Virus record (IMG/VR): IMGVR_UViG_3300008266_000014
Coordinates: 91,531 to 155,530 of that record
Origin: a virus
DNA length: 64,000 nt
Strand: one strand, 5' to 3'
Each line of letters starts with the position of its first letter. The stretch's first letter is position 1. Made by a program: the position numbers and the translations under genes. Positions 28,416-37,671 of the stretch are shown one piece after another. The notes beneath the pieces were generated by a model that was not told the DNA's origin, did no database searches, and saw only the letters and a program-made list of their open reading frames with translations.

Positions 28416-28704
28416 ATACACAAAGCCAACAAAAAGCAAACATCAAACAAGACTCGGCCAGAAACAAAATCACATACAAAAACAATTAAAAATAGTAAAG
28501 ACGAGTGGTGGTAATAAAAGGTATCTTAGAGAGCCACACCGTCTTGCTAAACACAATGCTATGGACTGTGGCAAGCCTAATTGTTTTCTCTGTGGAAATA
28601 GACGAAAGATGGCTGGCAAAACAGTACAAGAATTAAAATTCGAACAAACTGAGAAATGGAATAATTATGAAAGTGAAACTGATAAGTTACTCGGGACTCA
28701 ATAA
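28381..28704 (+). CDS. Basic hypothetical protein with Cys cluster
   Basis: PHRL.KH.AMDCG.PNC.LCGN. Confidence 0.6.
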   Translation: MVKEKETEEQNEYTKPTKSKHQTRLGQKQNHIQKQLKIVKTSGGNKRYLREPHRLAKHNAMDCGKPNCFLCGNRRKMAGKTVQELKFEQTEKWNNYESETDKLLGTQ

Positions 28705-29341
28705 TGAATTACATGCTGAACGGGATAGTCGATCAATTCAAGACCTTATTGCATACTGTGCAAGAGTATCGAATCCATCGAACCAGTCGAACAAAGAGAC
28801 CTCTGAAAAACTCATCAAGTACCTTGCAGCACACAAGCACTGGAGTCCGTTTGAAATGGTCAACGCATGCCTCGAAATTGAAACAACAAGAGACATTGCA
28901 AGACAGATCCTCAGGCACCGTAGTTTTAGTTTCCAAGAGTTCAGTCAGCGATATGCTGATCCTACGAAGGAACTCGAATTCGTATACCGAGATGCCCGAC
29001 TACAGGATACAAAGAATAGACAAAACAGTATAGAAACAGACGATCGAGAACTAAAACGTCTTTGGCAAGAACAGCAACAAGAGGTACTCAAAACAGCTCA
29101 GCACGCGTATCAGTGGGCAATATTAAACGGAATTGCAAAAGAACAAGCAAGGGCCGTACTACCTGAAGGGCTTACAGTATCAAGAATCTACATGAATGGA
29201 ACTATCAGATCATGGATACACTATATAGAGCTCCGAACCGCAAATGGTACACAAAAAGAACACATGGAGATAGCAAGAGCATGCGCTGACGCAATTTCAC
29301 CAATCTTTCCTATGATCGAACAATATGTCCAACAACAATAA
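28667..29341 (+). CDS. thyX: Flavin-dependent thymidylate synthase
   Basis: HWSPFE; RHRSFSFQEFSQRY ThyX motif; ARAVLP. Confidence 0.96.
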   Translation: MKVKLISYSGLNNELHAERDSRSIQDLIAYCARVSNPSNQSNKETSEKLIKYLAAHKHWSPFEMVNACLEIETTRDIARQILRHRSFSFQEFSQRYADPTKELEFVYRDARLQDTKNRQNSIETDDRELKRLWQEQQQEVLKTAQHAYQWAILNGIAKEQARAVLPEGLTVSRIYMNGTIRSWIHYIELRTANGTQKEHMEIARACADAISPIFPMIEQYVQQQ

Positions 29342-31181
29342 TAATAACGAGGTAGAGATGCATCTTTCAGTAGTCCCTAAACAGAAACAACTTCCAGATT
29401 ATCACATCACAGTCGACCTAGAAAGAGATAAATTATTTGATGAGCATGGAATGAAACGACTGCGTGAGTCGTACATGCTCGATTCAGAACAGTCACCTCA
29501 AGATAGATTTGCCTTTGTTTCGAAAGTATTTGCATCGAATCAAGACCACGCACAACGTCTATACGACTACTCCTCAAAGCACTGGCTGTCTTACTCTACC
29601 CCTATCCTCTCGTTTGGAAGAACTCAAAAGGGACTACCCATCTCTTGTTTTTTGAACTTCATGCATGACAGCTCTGCTGGTCTTGTCGACAATTTATCCG
29701 AGACAAACTGGTTGTCGATGCTGGGTGGTGGTGTAGGTATTGGTTTTGGTATTCGTTCTGCGGACGAAAAATCTACTGGTGTTATGCCACATCTTAGAAT
29801 TTACGATGCATCATCTCTTGCATACAGACAAGGAAGAACACGTCGTGGTTCATATGCAGCATACTTAGATATCGACCACCCAGATATTGCGTTGTTCTTG
29901 GATATGAGAAAACCAACTGGTGATCCAAACATGCGCGCACCAAATCTCCATCATGGTATCAATATGTCGGATAAGTTCATGCAGCTAATCGAAAAGTGCA
30001 TGCTGGATCCAGAAGCAGATGATAGCTGGGAGTTGAATGATCCACACGATGGACAGGTTCGTGAGGTCGTCTCTGCGAAAGCGCTTTGGCAACAAATCCT
30101 TGAACTAAGAATGCATACCGGTGAACCATATCTACACTTCATCGATACGAGTAATAGAGCACTCCCACAATGGTTGAAAGATAAAGGATTGAAAGTTAGA
30201 CAGTCAAACCTTTGTTCAGAGATTGTCCTTCCAACTGATAAAGATAGAACTGCTGTATGCTGCCTGTCTTCTGTAAATCTGGAGTATTATGATGAGTGGA
30301 AAAATGATCCCCTTTTCTTGCGTGATATTGCTGAAATGCTTGACAATGTTCTTCAGTATTTCATTGATAACGCACCCTCACCAGTTCATAGAGCTGTATA
30401 CAGTGCTACTCGAGAAAGGTCTATTGGCGTTGGGGCTCTTGGCTTCCATGCTTATCTACAGCGTAATAATATTCCATTCGAGTCATCAATGGCAGTCGGA
30501 AGAAACAAACAAATCTTCAAACACGTAAGGAGTAAGTTGGATGAAGCAAACCGGCAACTTGGTAATGAGCGTGGGGAAGCGCCGGATGCTGCAGGGACTG
30601 GTCTTCGTTTCAGCCATCTCATGGCTGTGGCACCCAATGCCAGCTCTTCTATTATCATGGGCAACACATCTCCTAGTATTGAACCATATAGAGCAAATGC
30701 ATATAGACAAGATACTCTCTCAGGGGCACATCTCAACAAAAACAAATGGCTAGACAGAATCATTCGTATGTCTTGCGAGACTAACAAAGATCTTGACTAT
30801 GATGATATTTGGTCTTCGATTATTGCTAACGATGGGTCGGTGCAGCACTTAGAGTGGATGGATGACTGGACAAAGGATGTGTTTAAAACATCCATGGAGA
30901 TCGATCAGCGTTGGATTGTACAGCATGCATCTGATCGTCAAGAGTTTATTGATCAGGCACAATCAGTCAACCTCTTCTTTAGACCAGATGTAAATATCAT
31001 GTATCTTCATGCAGTGCATTTCCAGGCGTGGAAGCAAGGATTGAAGAGTCTTTACTATTGCAGAAGTGAGAAACTTGCAAAAGCAGATAAGGTGTCAAAG
31101 CGCATTGAGCGTCAGGTAATCGAAGAGATTGATATGAGAGCCCTCGCAGAGGGTAATGAATGCTTGGCTTGCGAAGGATAA
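29325..31181 (+). CDS. nrdA: Class I ribonucleotide reductase alpha subunit (no ATP cone)
   Basis: PISCF, GGGVG, SNLCSEI, APNASSS, C-terminal CLACEG. Confidence 0.95.
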   Translation: MSNNNNNNEVEMHLSVVPKQKQLPDYHITVDLERDKLFDEHGMKRLRESYMLDSEQSPQDRFAFVSKVFASNQDHAQRLYDYSSKHWLSYSTPILSFGRTQKGLPISCFLNFMHDSSAGLVDNLSETNWLSMLGGGVGIGFGIRSADEKSTGVMPHLRIYDASSLAYRQGRTRRGSYAAYLDIDHPDIALFLDMRKPTGDPNMRAPNLHHGINMSDKFMQLIEKCMLDPEADDSWELNDPHDGQVREVVSAKALWQQILELRMHTGEPYLHFIDTSNRALPQWLKDKGLKVRQSNLCSEIVLPTDKDRTAVCCLSSVNLEYYDEWKNDPLFLRDIAEMLDNVLQYFIDNAPSPVHRAVYSATRERSIGVGALGFHAYLQRNNIPFESSMAVGRNKQIFKHVRSKLDEANRQLGNERGEAPDAAGTGLRFSHLMAVAPNASSSIIMGNTSPSIEPYRANAYRQDTLSGAHLNKNKWLDRIIRMSCETNKDLDYDDIWSSIIANDGSVQHLEWMDDWTKDVFKTSMEIDQRWIVQHASDRQEFIDQAQSVNLFFRPDVNIMYLHAVHFQAWKQGLKSLYYCRSEKLAKADKVSKRIERQVIEEIDMRALAEGNECLACEG

Positions 31182-31200
31182 TAATTAACACAAAAGAAAC

Positions 31201-32268
31201 ATGAAACCATCTCATTTCTATTTTGATGAAAATATTCTTGAAAAGGAAAGTATACTATTTCGTCACGCAAGATATCTTGGACATGAGCTGCTAGTTCCAG
31301 AAGTTGGAAATTACTCCGTTATCCCTCACGATGATAACGGAAGATTTCTCTACCACTCGAAAGAAGGGTTACAGTGTGTCTCTAATGTGTGTCGACATAG
31401 GCAAGCGTCTATATTAAAAGGGTCTGGTAGTACTTCTAATATCGTATGTCCACTGCACGGATGGACGTACGATACAACTGGTAGGTTGATTGGTGCTCCA
31501 CACTTTGACCCTTGTCCCAATACTTCCCTTCGTAAGTTTGAAACACAACAGTGGAACGGAATACTTTTTGAAAAAGGAACCCTAGATCTGCTCAATGATC
31601 TAGAGGGAATGAGACTATCAAAACACTTCAACTTTAATGGATATGTTTTTCATTCCAGAAAAGAACATGAATGCAACTACAACTGGAAAACATTTATTGA
31701 GGTTTACTTAGACGATTATCACGTTGATCCGTTCCATCCTGGACTAGGTAATTTTGTTGATTGCAGTAATCTCGATTGGCAGTTTGGAAATAGGTACTCT
31801 GTTCAGTCCGTTGGTGTGAATAATAAATTGATGCTAGCTGGAACACCAGTCTACAAGCAGTGGCACAGAGTACTAATGGATTATAGAAAAGGAATTGTTC
31901 CAGAGTTTGGGGCAATCTGGCTCACAATATACCCCAACGTAATGGTAGAGTGGTATCCAGAAGTGCTTGTCATTTCAACTGTATGGCCGGTGACCCCACA
32001 AAAGACAAGAAACGTAGTTGACTTCTATTACCCAGAAGAGATTGTTCATTTTGAACCTCAATTTGTAGAAGCTCATCAAGCAGCGTATATGGAAACCTGT
32101 TTTGAAGATGACGAAATTGCAGAAAGAATGGATCAAGGTAGAAAGCATTTAAATAGTGTTAATTTTAATGATTATGGGCTTGTCCACGACCCAATGGAAA
32201 AGGGATTAGAGTACTTCTATAAGTATTACGATAACTTTATTTTTTCAGACTGGACAAAGAGAGTGTAA
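31201..32268 (+). CDS. Rieske non-heme iron oxygenase alpha subunit
   Basis: NVCRHR...CPLHGW Rieske cluster; NWK...DYH...FH and ED mononuclear iron site. Confidence 0.9.
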   Translation: MKPSHFYFDENILEKESILFRHARYLGHELLVPEVGNYSVIPHDDNGRFLYHSKEGLQCVSNVCRHRQASILKGSGSTSNIVCPLHGWTYDTTGRLIGAPHFDPCPNTSLRKFETQQWNGILFEKGTLDLLNDLEGMRLSKHFNFNGYVFHSRKEHECNYNWKTFIEVYLDDYHVDPFHPGLGNFVDCSNLDWQFGNRYSVQSVGVNNKLMLAGTPVYKQWHRVLMDYRKGIVPEFGAIWLTIYPNVMVEWYPEVLVISTVWPVTPQKTRNVVDFYYPEEIVHFEPQFVEAHQAAYMETCFEDDEIAERMDQGRKHLNSVNFNDYGLVHDPMEKGLEYFYKYYDNFIFSDWTKRV

Positions 32269-32269
32269 A

Positions 32270-32383
32270 TTGGACCCACATACAGTATACTTTCTTTTTG
32301 GATTTACTCTTGGATGTCTCCTGATGGGTTGTGTAGCAGTTTTTTCTATGATCATCATGTATGAATATATGTCTATCAAATGA
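32270..32383 (+). CDS. Small membrane peptide (37 aa, TTG start, not in ORF track)
   Basis: MDPHTVYFLFGFTLGCLLMGCVAVFSMIIMYEYMSIK fills the gap exactly and overlaps the next start. Confidence 0.4.
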   Translation: MDPHTVYFLFGFTLGCLLMGCVAVFSMIIMYEYMSIK

Positions 32384-33018
32384 AAACGATTGCTATTTTT
32401 GTTCACCAACCAAGGTGTTCGGTGCAGTCAGGTAATGGAATAATCAAAGCCCTAACTCCTCATTATAGATTTAAGGTTTTTACTAAACATGAACTTGAAG
32501 ATGACTTTTTTGATGATGTTGATATGGTCGCTTTTCCTGGTGGCACTGGCGATTCCGATAGTTGGAATCGTTTATTTAAATCTCATGTTGACCGCATCCG
32601 TGGCTTCGTTGCTGGTGGTGGGCATTACTTGGGTATATGCATGGGAGCGTATTGGACGGGACCTGACTACTTTAACATACTTGATGGCGTTCAAGTATGT
32701 CAATATATAACTCGTCCCAATACAGATACTAGAAGACCACATGCAAAGCAAATGAAGGTTACCTGGAATGACCAACCAGAAGAACTCTTTTTTTATGATG
32801 GCTGTGCGATTGTAGGTGATGAAGCTAAGTACAATGTAGTATCACGATATCCAAATGGTGATGCTATGGCGATCATACAAAACAGAGTAGGATTGATTGG
32901 GTGTCATCCGGAAGCTGAGCAACACTGGTACAATAGCTATTCGTGGATGAAGAAACGCTGGACAGGCAACAAACACAATTTACTACTTGACTTCGTGAAC
33001 AAAATAATGGAGAAATAG
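32380..33018 (+). CDS. BPL-N / class I glutamine amidotransferase-like protein
   Basis: FPGG, YLGICMGAY nucleophile elbow, HPE. Confidence 0.85.
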   Translation: MKTIAIFVHQPRCSVQSGNGIIKALTPHYRFKVFTKHELEDDFFDDVDMVAFPGGTGDSDSWNRLFKSHVDRIRGFVAGGGHYLGICMGAYWTGPDYFNILDGVQVCQYITRPNTDTRRPHAKQMKVTWNDQPEELFFYDGCAIVGDEAKYNVVSRYPNGDAMAIIQNRVGLIGCHPEAEQHWYNSYSWMKKRWTGNKHNLLLDFVNKIMEK

Positions 33019-33019
33019 T

Positions 33020-33205
33020 ATGATAGGTGAGATTCCATACATGATCGTGTGGGGTTTCTTTTCTGCTTTGGGCTGGATGACAGCTAACTGGGTTGTCGAA
33101 AAGAACTTTCCAGACAAGCAGCAAGAAAAACCTCCTGTGATTGAACGTCAGGTTGAGGAGATGAATAATGGCAGAGATCCTAAGCTTCCAGAGCAAAAAA
33201 GATGA
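33020..33205 (+). CDS. Small membrane protein
   Basis: GFFSALGW TM segment. Confidence 0.55.
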   Translation: MIGEIPYMIVWGFFSALGWMTANWVVEKNFPDKQQEKPPVIERQVEEMNNGRDPKLPEQKR

Positions 33206-33356
33206 AAAGAATCTTGCAAAACAACACGATGATGTGCTAATTGAAGAGCATAGAATCAAATTACTTACTTTATACGCTCAAATGGAGCATATAATAAAAG
33301 AGATAAATTATCATAAAGAAGTAATACAACTACTAGAAAAAGGCACGAAGAAATGA
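33168..33356 (+). CDS. Small hypothetical protein
   Basis: GAGGAG RBS; tandem ORF. Confidence 0.55.
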   Translation: MAEILSFQSKKDEKNLAKQHDDVLIEEHRIKLLTLYAQMEHIIKEINYHKEVIQLLEKGTKK

Positions 33357-33904
33357 AAAACTTTTCTCATTTCATTGAGGAAAAAGATAATCTAGTACTA
33401 GAACCTCTTCCATACAAAGACACTGATTTAAAGGGTGTTATGAGTAAAGAGACGCTAGATTATCATTACAGCACACTTGCAGCAGGGTATGTAAAGAGAT
33501 TCAATCAGGGAAAAGGTGATCCTAAGTTCAACACAGCAGGAGCATATCTTCACAACTTGTTCTTTCCTCAGTTGAAACCTCCAGTTGATGATAATATGCC
33601 AGAAGGATCCAGTGACGCTCTGATCAAAAGTGCTTTTGGGTCGTTTCAAAAGTTCCAAGAAGAGATCAAAAAAATTGCAATGAAGATTCAAGGATCGGGG
33701 TGGGTCTATATGGATACGTCTGGAAAAATTAAAACGATCGTAAACCACGAGGTTGTTCCAAACATCGCACTGATTATTGATTGGTGGGAGCATGCCTGGG
33801 CTCTTGACTACCAAGCTGATAAGGAAAAGTATCTCGATAACATCTGGAAAGTTATCGACTGGAAAGTTGTCAATGACAGAATAAATAATGAAAGATCTAC
33901 TTAA
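33353..33904 (+). CDS. sod: Fe/Mn superoxide dismutase
   Basis: LPY....L...MS.ETLDYHY, LHNLFF, GSGW, DWWEHAW. Confidence 0.93.
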   Translation: MKNFSHFIEEKDNLVLEPLPYKDTDLKGVMSKETLDYHYSTLAAGYVKRFNQGKGDPKFNTAGAYLHNLFFPQLKPPVDDNMPEGSSDALIKSAFGSFQKFQEEIKKIAMKIQGSGWVYMDTSGKIKTIVNHEVVPNIALIIDWWEHAWALDYQADKEKYLDNIWKVIDWKVVNDRINNERST

Positions 33905-34142
33905 GTTCCTTCCTCAGGTACTGCAAGCGTTACCTGAAGTAATCAAGTACATAAAATACATTCCAGTTCTAATGGTCCTTGCTGGCATTGGATATGGGGT
34001 GTATATGTTTTTCTTAAATTACAAAGATCCCTACAAGTGTTACAACAACCAGCTTTTTGAACAAAAAAGCATTCTATCCAATGTTTATATTTTTAACGGC
34101 GATACGTGTATAGATAACTCAGAAACCATACAAAAAGAATAA
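33888..34142 (+). CDS. Small membrane protein
   Basis: One TM helix, two Cys. Confidence 0.55.
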   Translation: MKDLLKFLPQVLQALPEVIKYIKYIPVLMVLAGIGYGVYMFFLNYKDPYKCYNNQLFEQKSILSNVYIFNGDTCIDNSETIQKE

Positions 34143-34358
34143 ATGTCAGAAGACAATAAAGATGTAAAAAATGAACTCAAGAAGTTCAAACCAAAGAAAA
34201 ACAAAATAACAGTTCCCGCTGAGTTTTTAGATAATGCAAAGAGTTATGAGGACAAGCTAGTACTGGTCCAACACCTGACTGAGAGGGAGAAGGGTAGAGT
34301 TTTGTTGATCATAAAATCAATGTTAAAAGATGCTGTAAGTAAGAAAAACAAAGTATAG
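34143..34358 (+). CDS. Small hypothetical protein
   Basis: Tandem ORF. Confidence 0.55.
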   Translation: MSEDNKDVKNELKKFKPKKNKITVPAEFLDNAKSYEDKLVLVQHLTEREKGRVLLIIKSMLKDAVSKKNKV

Positions 34359-34366
34359 GGTATAAA

Positions 34367-34894
34367 ATGTTTGATAATGATTCTATTGGATTCCAGAGGT
34401 TTTATGATGTTCTACCCAACAAAGATCATAATGAGTGTTATCAAAAATTAATTAATGGTTCTTGGAATTTTTCTGGGTGGTCGAATGCAGACGATCCAAC
34501 AAGATTCTGGAACATGCCTTTACAGCACGATGATTTTTTTACATCATACTTCTTAAACGTGATATGTAGCACAACAGGTCGAAAATTTTACACTGAAAGA
34601 GTTTACGCTAACGGACAAACTCACGGACAGTGTGGTAGCTTGCATACAGATCACATAGAAGGTAGAGAAGACGTATCGTATACTTTTTTATACTACGCAA
34701 ATCCTGAGTGGTATTCAGTGTGGGGTGGAGGTACTGCATTCTGGGCTTCAAGGAATCAGCATAAAGTAGAAGAGTACATACCGAACTCTGCAGTTATTTT
34801 CAAAGGTAATACTCTTCATGCAGGACTAGAACCAACTAGACATTGCTACGGTCTAAGGATTACTGTGGCATACAAACTAATAGAGATTAAATGA
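34367..34894 (+). CDS. 2OG-Fe(II) oxygenase
   Basis: NGQT.GQ...HTD, WGGGT, H.G..P...RITVAYK. Confidence 0.85.
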   Translation: MFDNDSIGFQRFYDVLPNKDHNECYQKLINGSWNFSGWSNADDPTRFWNMPLQHDDFFTSYFLNVICSTTGRKFYTERVYANGQTHGQCGSLHTDHIEGREDVSYTFLYYANPEWYSVWGGGTAFWASRNQHKVEEYIPNSAVIFKGNTLHAGLEPTRHCYGLRITVAYKLIEIK

Positions 34895-35520
34895 ACCCTC
34901 TTTTTTCTATTACAGCAAACAAATTTGACGAGAACCTGAATCTAACAAAAAGAGTCAGCAATGATTACTTTACCAATCAATACATATCGTACTTCGATAA
35001 TGATGGGTTTGAGCTTTCTTATCTGGAACAAGAATTTTACAGAGAGCATAATATTATCCTGACAGATATTCTCAACCATCGTAGTAATCAACTTCCATGG
35101 GTTGAGTGTAGTAGTGAAGATTTCAAGATAGACCATAGTACAATATCTCAGCGTTGGTCTTTTGACGGCGAAGCAAGATGTCAACTACTTAATCATGTTC
35201 ACAAATTTCCTGAGCTTCTTAAATATCTAAATCTCAGACCAAAGTGGGGCTTGGACTTTGCACTAGAATACTACAAAAAAGATAGGTTTGTTGAGGTAAT
35301 GCACTTTGAGATGGACTACGATAGCTACGATCAAGCAGTACAAGCAAAAAGATATTTCCAAAATAAAATTCTTGAAACCGACTGGTACCTATTTGTTAGT
35401 ATGCTTTTATCATGTGAGGAAGATTGGATTCATTTGAAGGGCATCGAACAAAACGACTGGAAAGCGAGAATGTGGGGGCTGGATAAAGCAGAAGTAACAC
35501 TTAAAACTTGGGGTCATTAA
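34891..35520 (+). CDS. Hypothetical protein
   Basis: Intact 209-aa ORF. Confidence 0.7.
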   Translation: MNPLFSITANKFDENLNLTKRVSNDYFTNQYISYFDNDGFELSYLEQEFYREHNIILTDILNHRSNQLPWVECSSEDFKIDHSTISQRWSFDGEARCQLLNHVHKFPELLKYLNLRPKWGLDFALEYYKKDRFVEVMHFEMDYDSYDQAVQAKRYFQNKILETDWYLFVSMLLSCEEDWIHLKGIEQNDWKARMWGLDKAEVTLKTWGH

Positions 35521-36503
35521 TGGTTAAACAAAAACTAAAACTAACGGACGAACGTAACTCTTTCAAACCTTTTCATTATCCTTGGGCGTATGATGCGTGG
35601 TTGAAGCACGAGCAGAGCCATTGGATGCACACTGAAGTTCCAATGCTTGAAGATGTCAAAGACTGGAAAAACAAATTGACAGAACAAGAAAAACATTTCC
35701 TAACAAACATCCTACGCTTCTTTACACAGGGTGATGTTGATGTTGCAGGGGGATATGTAAAGAACTACCTCCCATACTTTCCACAGCCAGAAGTAAGAAT
35801 GATGCTAACAGGGTTTGCTGCACGTGAAGCACTTCATGTAGCAGCATACAGCCATCTCATTGAGACTCTTGGCATGCCAGAATCAACATACAATGAGTTC
35901 CTTCAGTATGATGAGATGAGAGCCAAGCATGATTACTTTCTGTCTATTGCTGGACAAGATGCATCAACTATCGCTCAGCAGATTGCAGCGTTCAGTGCCT
36001 TTACTGAAGGCATGCAGCTATTCTCTTCTTTCATCATGCTACTCAACTTCCCTCGTCACGGAAAGATGAAAGGGATGGGTCAGATCATTACATGGTCAAT
36101 TGTTGATGAGACAATCCATGCAGAGTCAATGATCAAACTATTCAGAACATTTGTCGAAGAGAATCGAGACATCTGGAAAGACGAGTTAAAGAGTGAGATA
36201 TATACGATCGCAGAAAAGATGGTCGAACTAGAAGACAAATTTATTGATCTCGCCTTCTCGCTGGGTCAAATGGAGGATCTCAATGCTGAGGATGTTAAGC
36301 GTTATATTCGCTACATTGCTGACCGTAGGCTTATTTCTCTTGGTCTTAAAGGGATTTTCAAAGTAAAGAAAAACCCCCTGCCATGGGTTGAGGAAATGAT
36401 TAATGCACCTACTCACACAAACTTTTTTGAAAACCGTGCAACAGATTATGCAAAGGGGGCTCTGTCTGGCGATTGGTCAGACGTTTGGGCAAAGGCTGCA
36501 TAA
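35520..36503 (+). CDS. nrdB: Class I ribonucleotide reductase beta subunit
   Basis: FFTQGD, REALH..AYS, EGMQLFSSF, DETIH, NFFE. Confidence 0.96.
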   Translation: MVKQKLKLTDERNSFKPFHYPWAYDAWLKHEQSHWMHTEVPMLEDVKDWKNKLTEQEKHFLTNILRFFTQGDVDVAGGYVKNYLPYFPQPEVRMMLTGFAAREALHVAAYSHLIETLGMPESTYNEFLQYDEMRAKHDYFLSIAGQDASTIAQQIAAFSAFTEGMQLFSSFIMLLNFPRHGKMKGMGQIITWSIVDETIHAESMIKLFRTFVEENRDIWKDELKSEIYTIAEKMVELEDKFIDLAFSLGQMEDLNAEDVKRYIRYIADRRLISLGLKGIFKVKKNPLPWVEEMINAPTHTNFFENRATDYAKGALSGDWSDVWAKAA

Positions 36504-36540
36504 ACATAAATAAACAAGACCACTAGGGTCTTTACATCCA

Positions 36541-36580
36541 GAGCCTGCTACAGCTTCGTGCTGCAGCGGGCTCTTTTATT
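36541..36580 (+). terminator. Intrinsic terminator after nrdB
   Basis: GAGCCTGCT...AGCGGGCTC followed by TTTT. Confidence 0.65.
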
Positions 36581-36639
36581 ATGAGCTTCAAATATTACCA
36601 ATATATGAAATTATATACTATCCATAAACAGGAGAAAGC

Positions 36640-37662
36640 ATGAAAAAGCTATTACTATCCTTACTATTATTATCTGGTGTTGTAAATGCTGCTGAATTTA
36701 CTGGGGCAGGAGCAACATTCCCATTTCCAATCTATGCTAAGTGGGCAGAAGCATACAAAGCACAGACTGGTATTGGATTGAATTATCAATCAATCGGTTC
36801 AGGTGGCGGTATTCGTCAGATCAAAGCCAAGACAGTTGACTTTGGTGCAAGCGATATGCCATTGAAGAAAGAAGAACTAGACAAAGAAGGTCTTGTTCAG
36901 TTCCCAGCAATCATTGGTGGTGTCGTACCGGTATTCAACCTTGATGGTATTGAGCAAGGTAAACTTAAACTGACACCTGATGTCATTGCAAACATCCACC
37001 TAGGTAAAATTACCAAGTGGAACGATAAAGCAATTGCTGAAATCAATCCTGGTGTAAATCTACCTGCAATGAATATCACAGTTGTTCACCGTGCAGATGG
37101 TTCAGGTACTACATTCATCTGGACAAACTTTCTTAGTAAAGCCAACGCAGACTTCCAAAAGACTGTGGGTGAAGGCTCGGCAGTTAAGTGGCCAACTGGT
37201 GTAGGCGGCAAAGGTAACGAAGGTGTTGCAGCACAAGTACAAAGAATCAAAGGCGCATTTGGTTATGTTGAATACGCATATGCAAAACGCAATAAGATTC
37301 CTTATGCATCACTAAAAAATCGTGACGGTAACTTTGTGTCACCAGATGATTCAACATTCAAAGCAGCAACAGCTAATGCAGATTGGAACAATGCACCAGG
37401 AATGTATTTGTTGCTCACATGGCAAACAGGCAAGGATGCTTGGCCAGCAACAGGCGCAAGTTTTATTCTCATGCACAAACAACAAGCAGATACATTAACA
37501 GGTCGTGCAGTTCTTAAGTTCTTTGATTGGAGCTATAAGAATGGTAGCCAAATGGCAACTGAACTGGAATATGTTCACATGCCAGCTGATGTAATCAAAC
37601 TGGTTCAGGACAACTGGAAGAAAGACTTTCGTGGTCCAGACGGTAACCCAATTTGGAAATAA
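36640..37662 (+). CDS. pstS: Phosphate-binding protein PstS
   Basis: Signal peptide; GAGATFP, YQSIGSGGG, DFGASD, RADGSGTT. Confidence 0.97.
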   Translation: MKKLLLSLLLLSGVVNAAEFTGAGATFPFPIYAKWAEAYKAQTGIGLNYQSIGSGGGIRQIKAKTVDFGASDMPLKKEELDKEGLVQFPAIIGGVVPVFNLDGIEQGKLKLTPDVIANIHLGKITKWNDKAIAEINPGVNLPAMNITVVHRADGSGTTFIWTNFLSKANADFQKTVGEGSAVKWPTGVGGKGNEGVAAQVQRIKGAFGYVEYAYAKRNKIPYASLKNRDGNFVSPDDSTFKAATANADWNNAPGMYLLLTWQTGKDAWPATGASFILMHKQQADTLTGRAVLKFFDWSYKNGSQMATELEYVHMPADVIKLVQDNWKKDFRGPDGNPIWK

Positions 37663-37671
37663 GGATAAGTC

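Noticed and set aside
3492-36503. Introns or inteins in gp43, gp41, thyX, nrdA, nrdB
   Set aside because: All are continuous and of normal length, with no splicing motifs noticed.
36585-36620. Pho box upstream of pstS
   Set aside because: Only a degenerate, reverse-oriented 11-bp-period match in AT-rich DNA; not supportable by eye.
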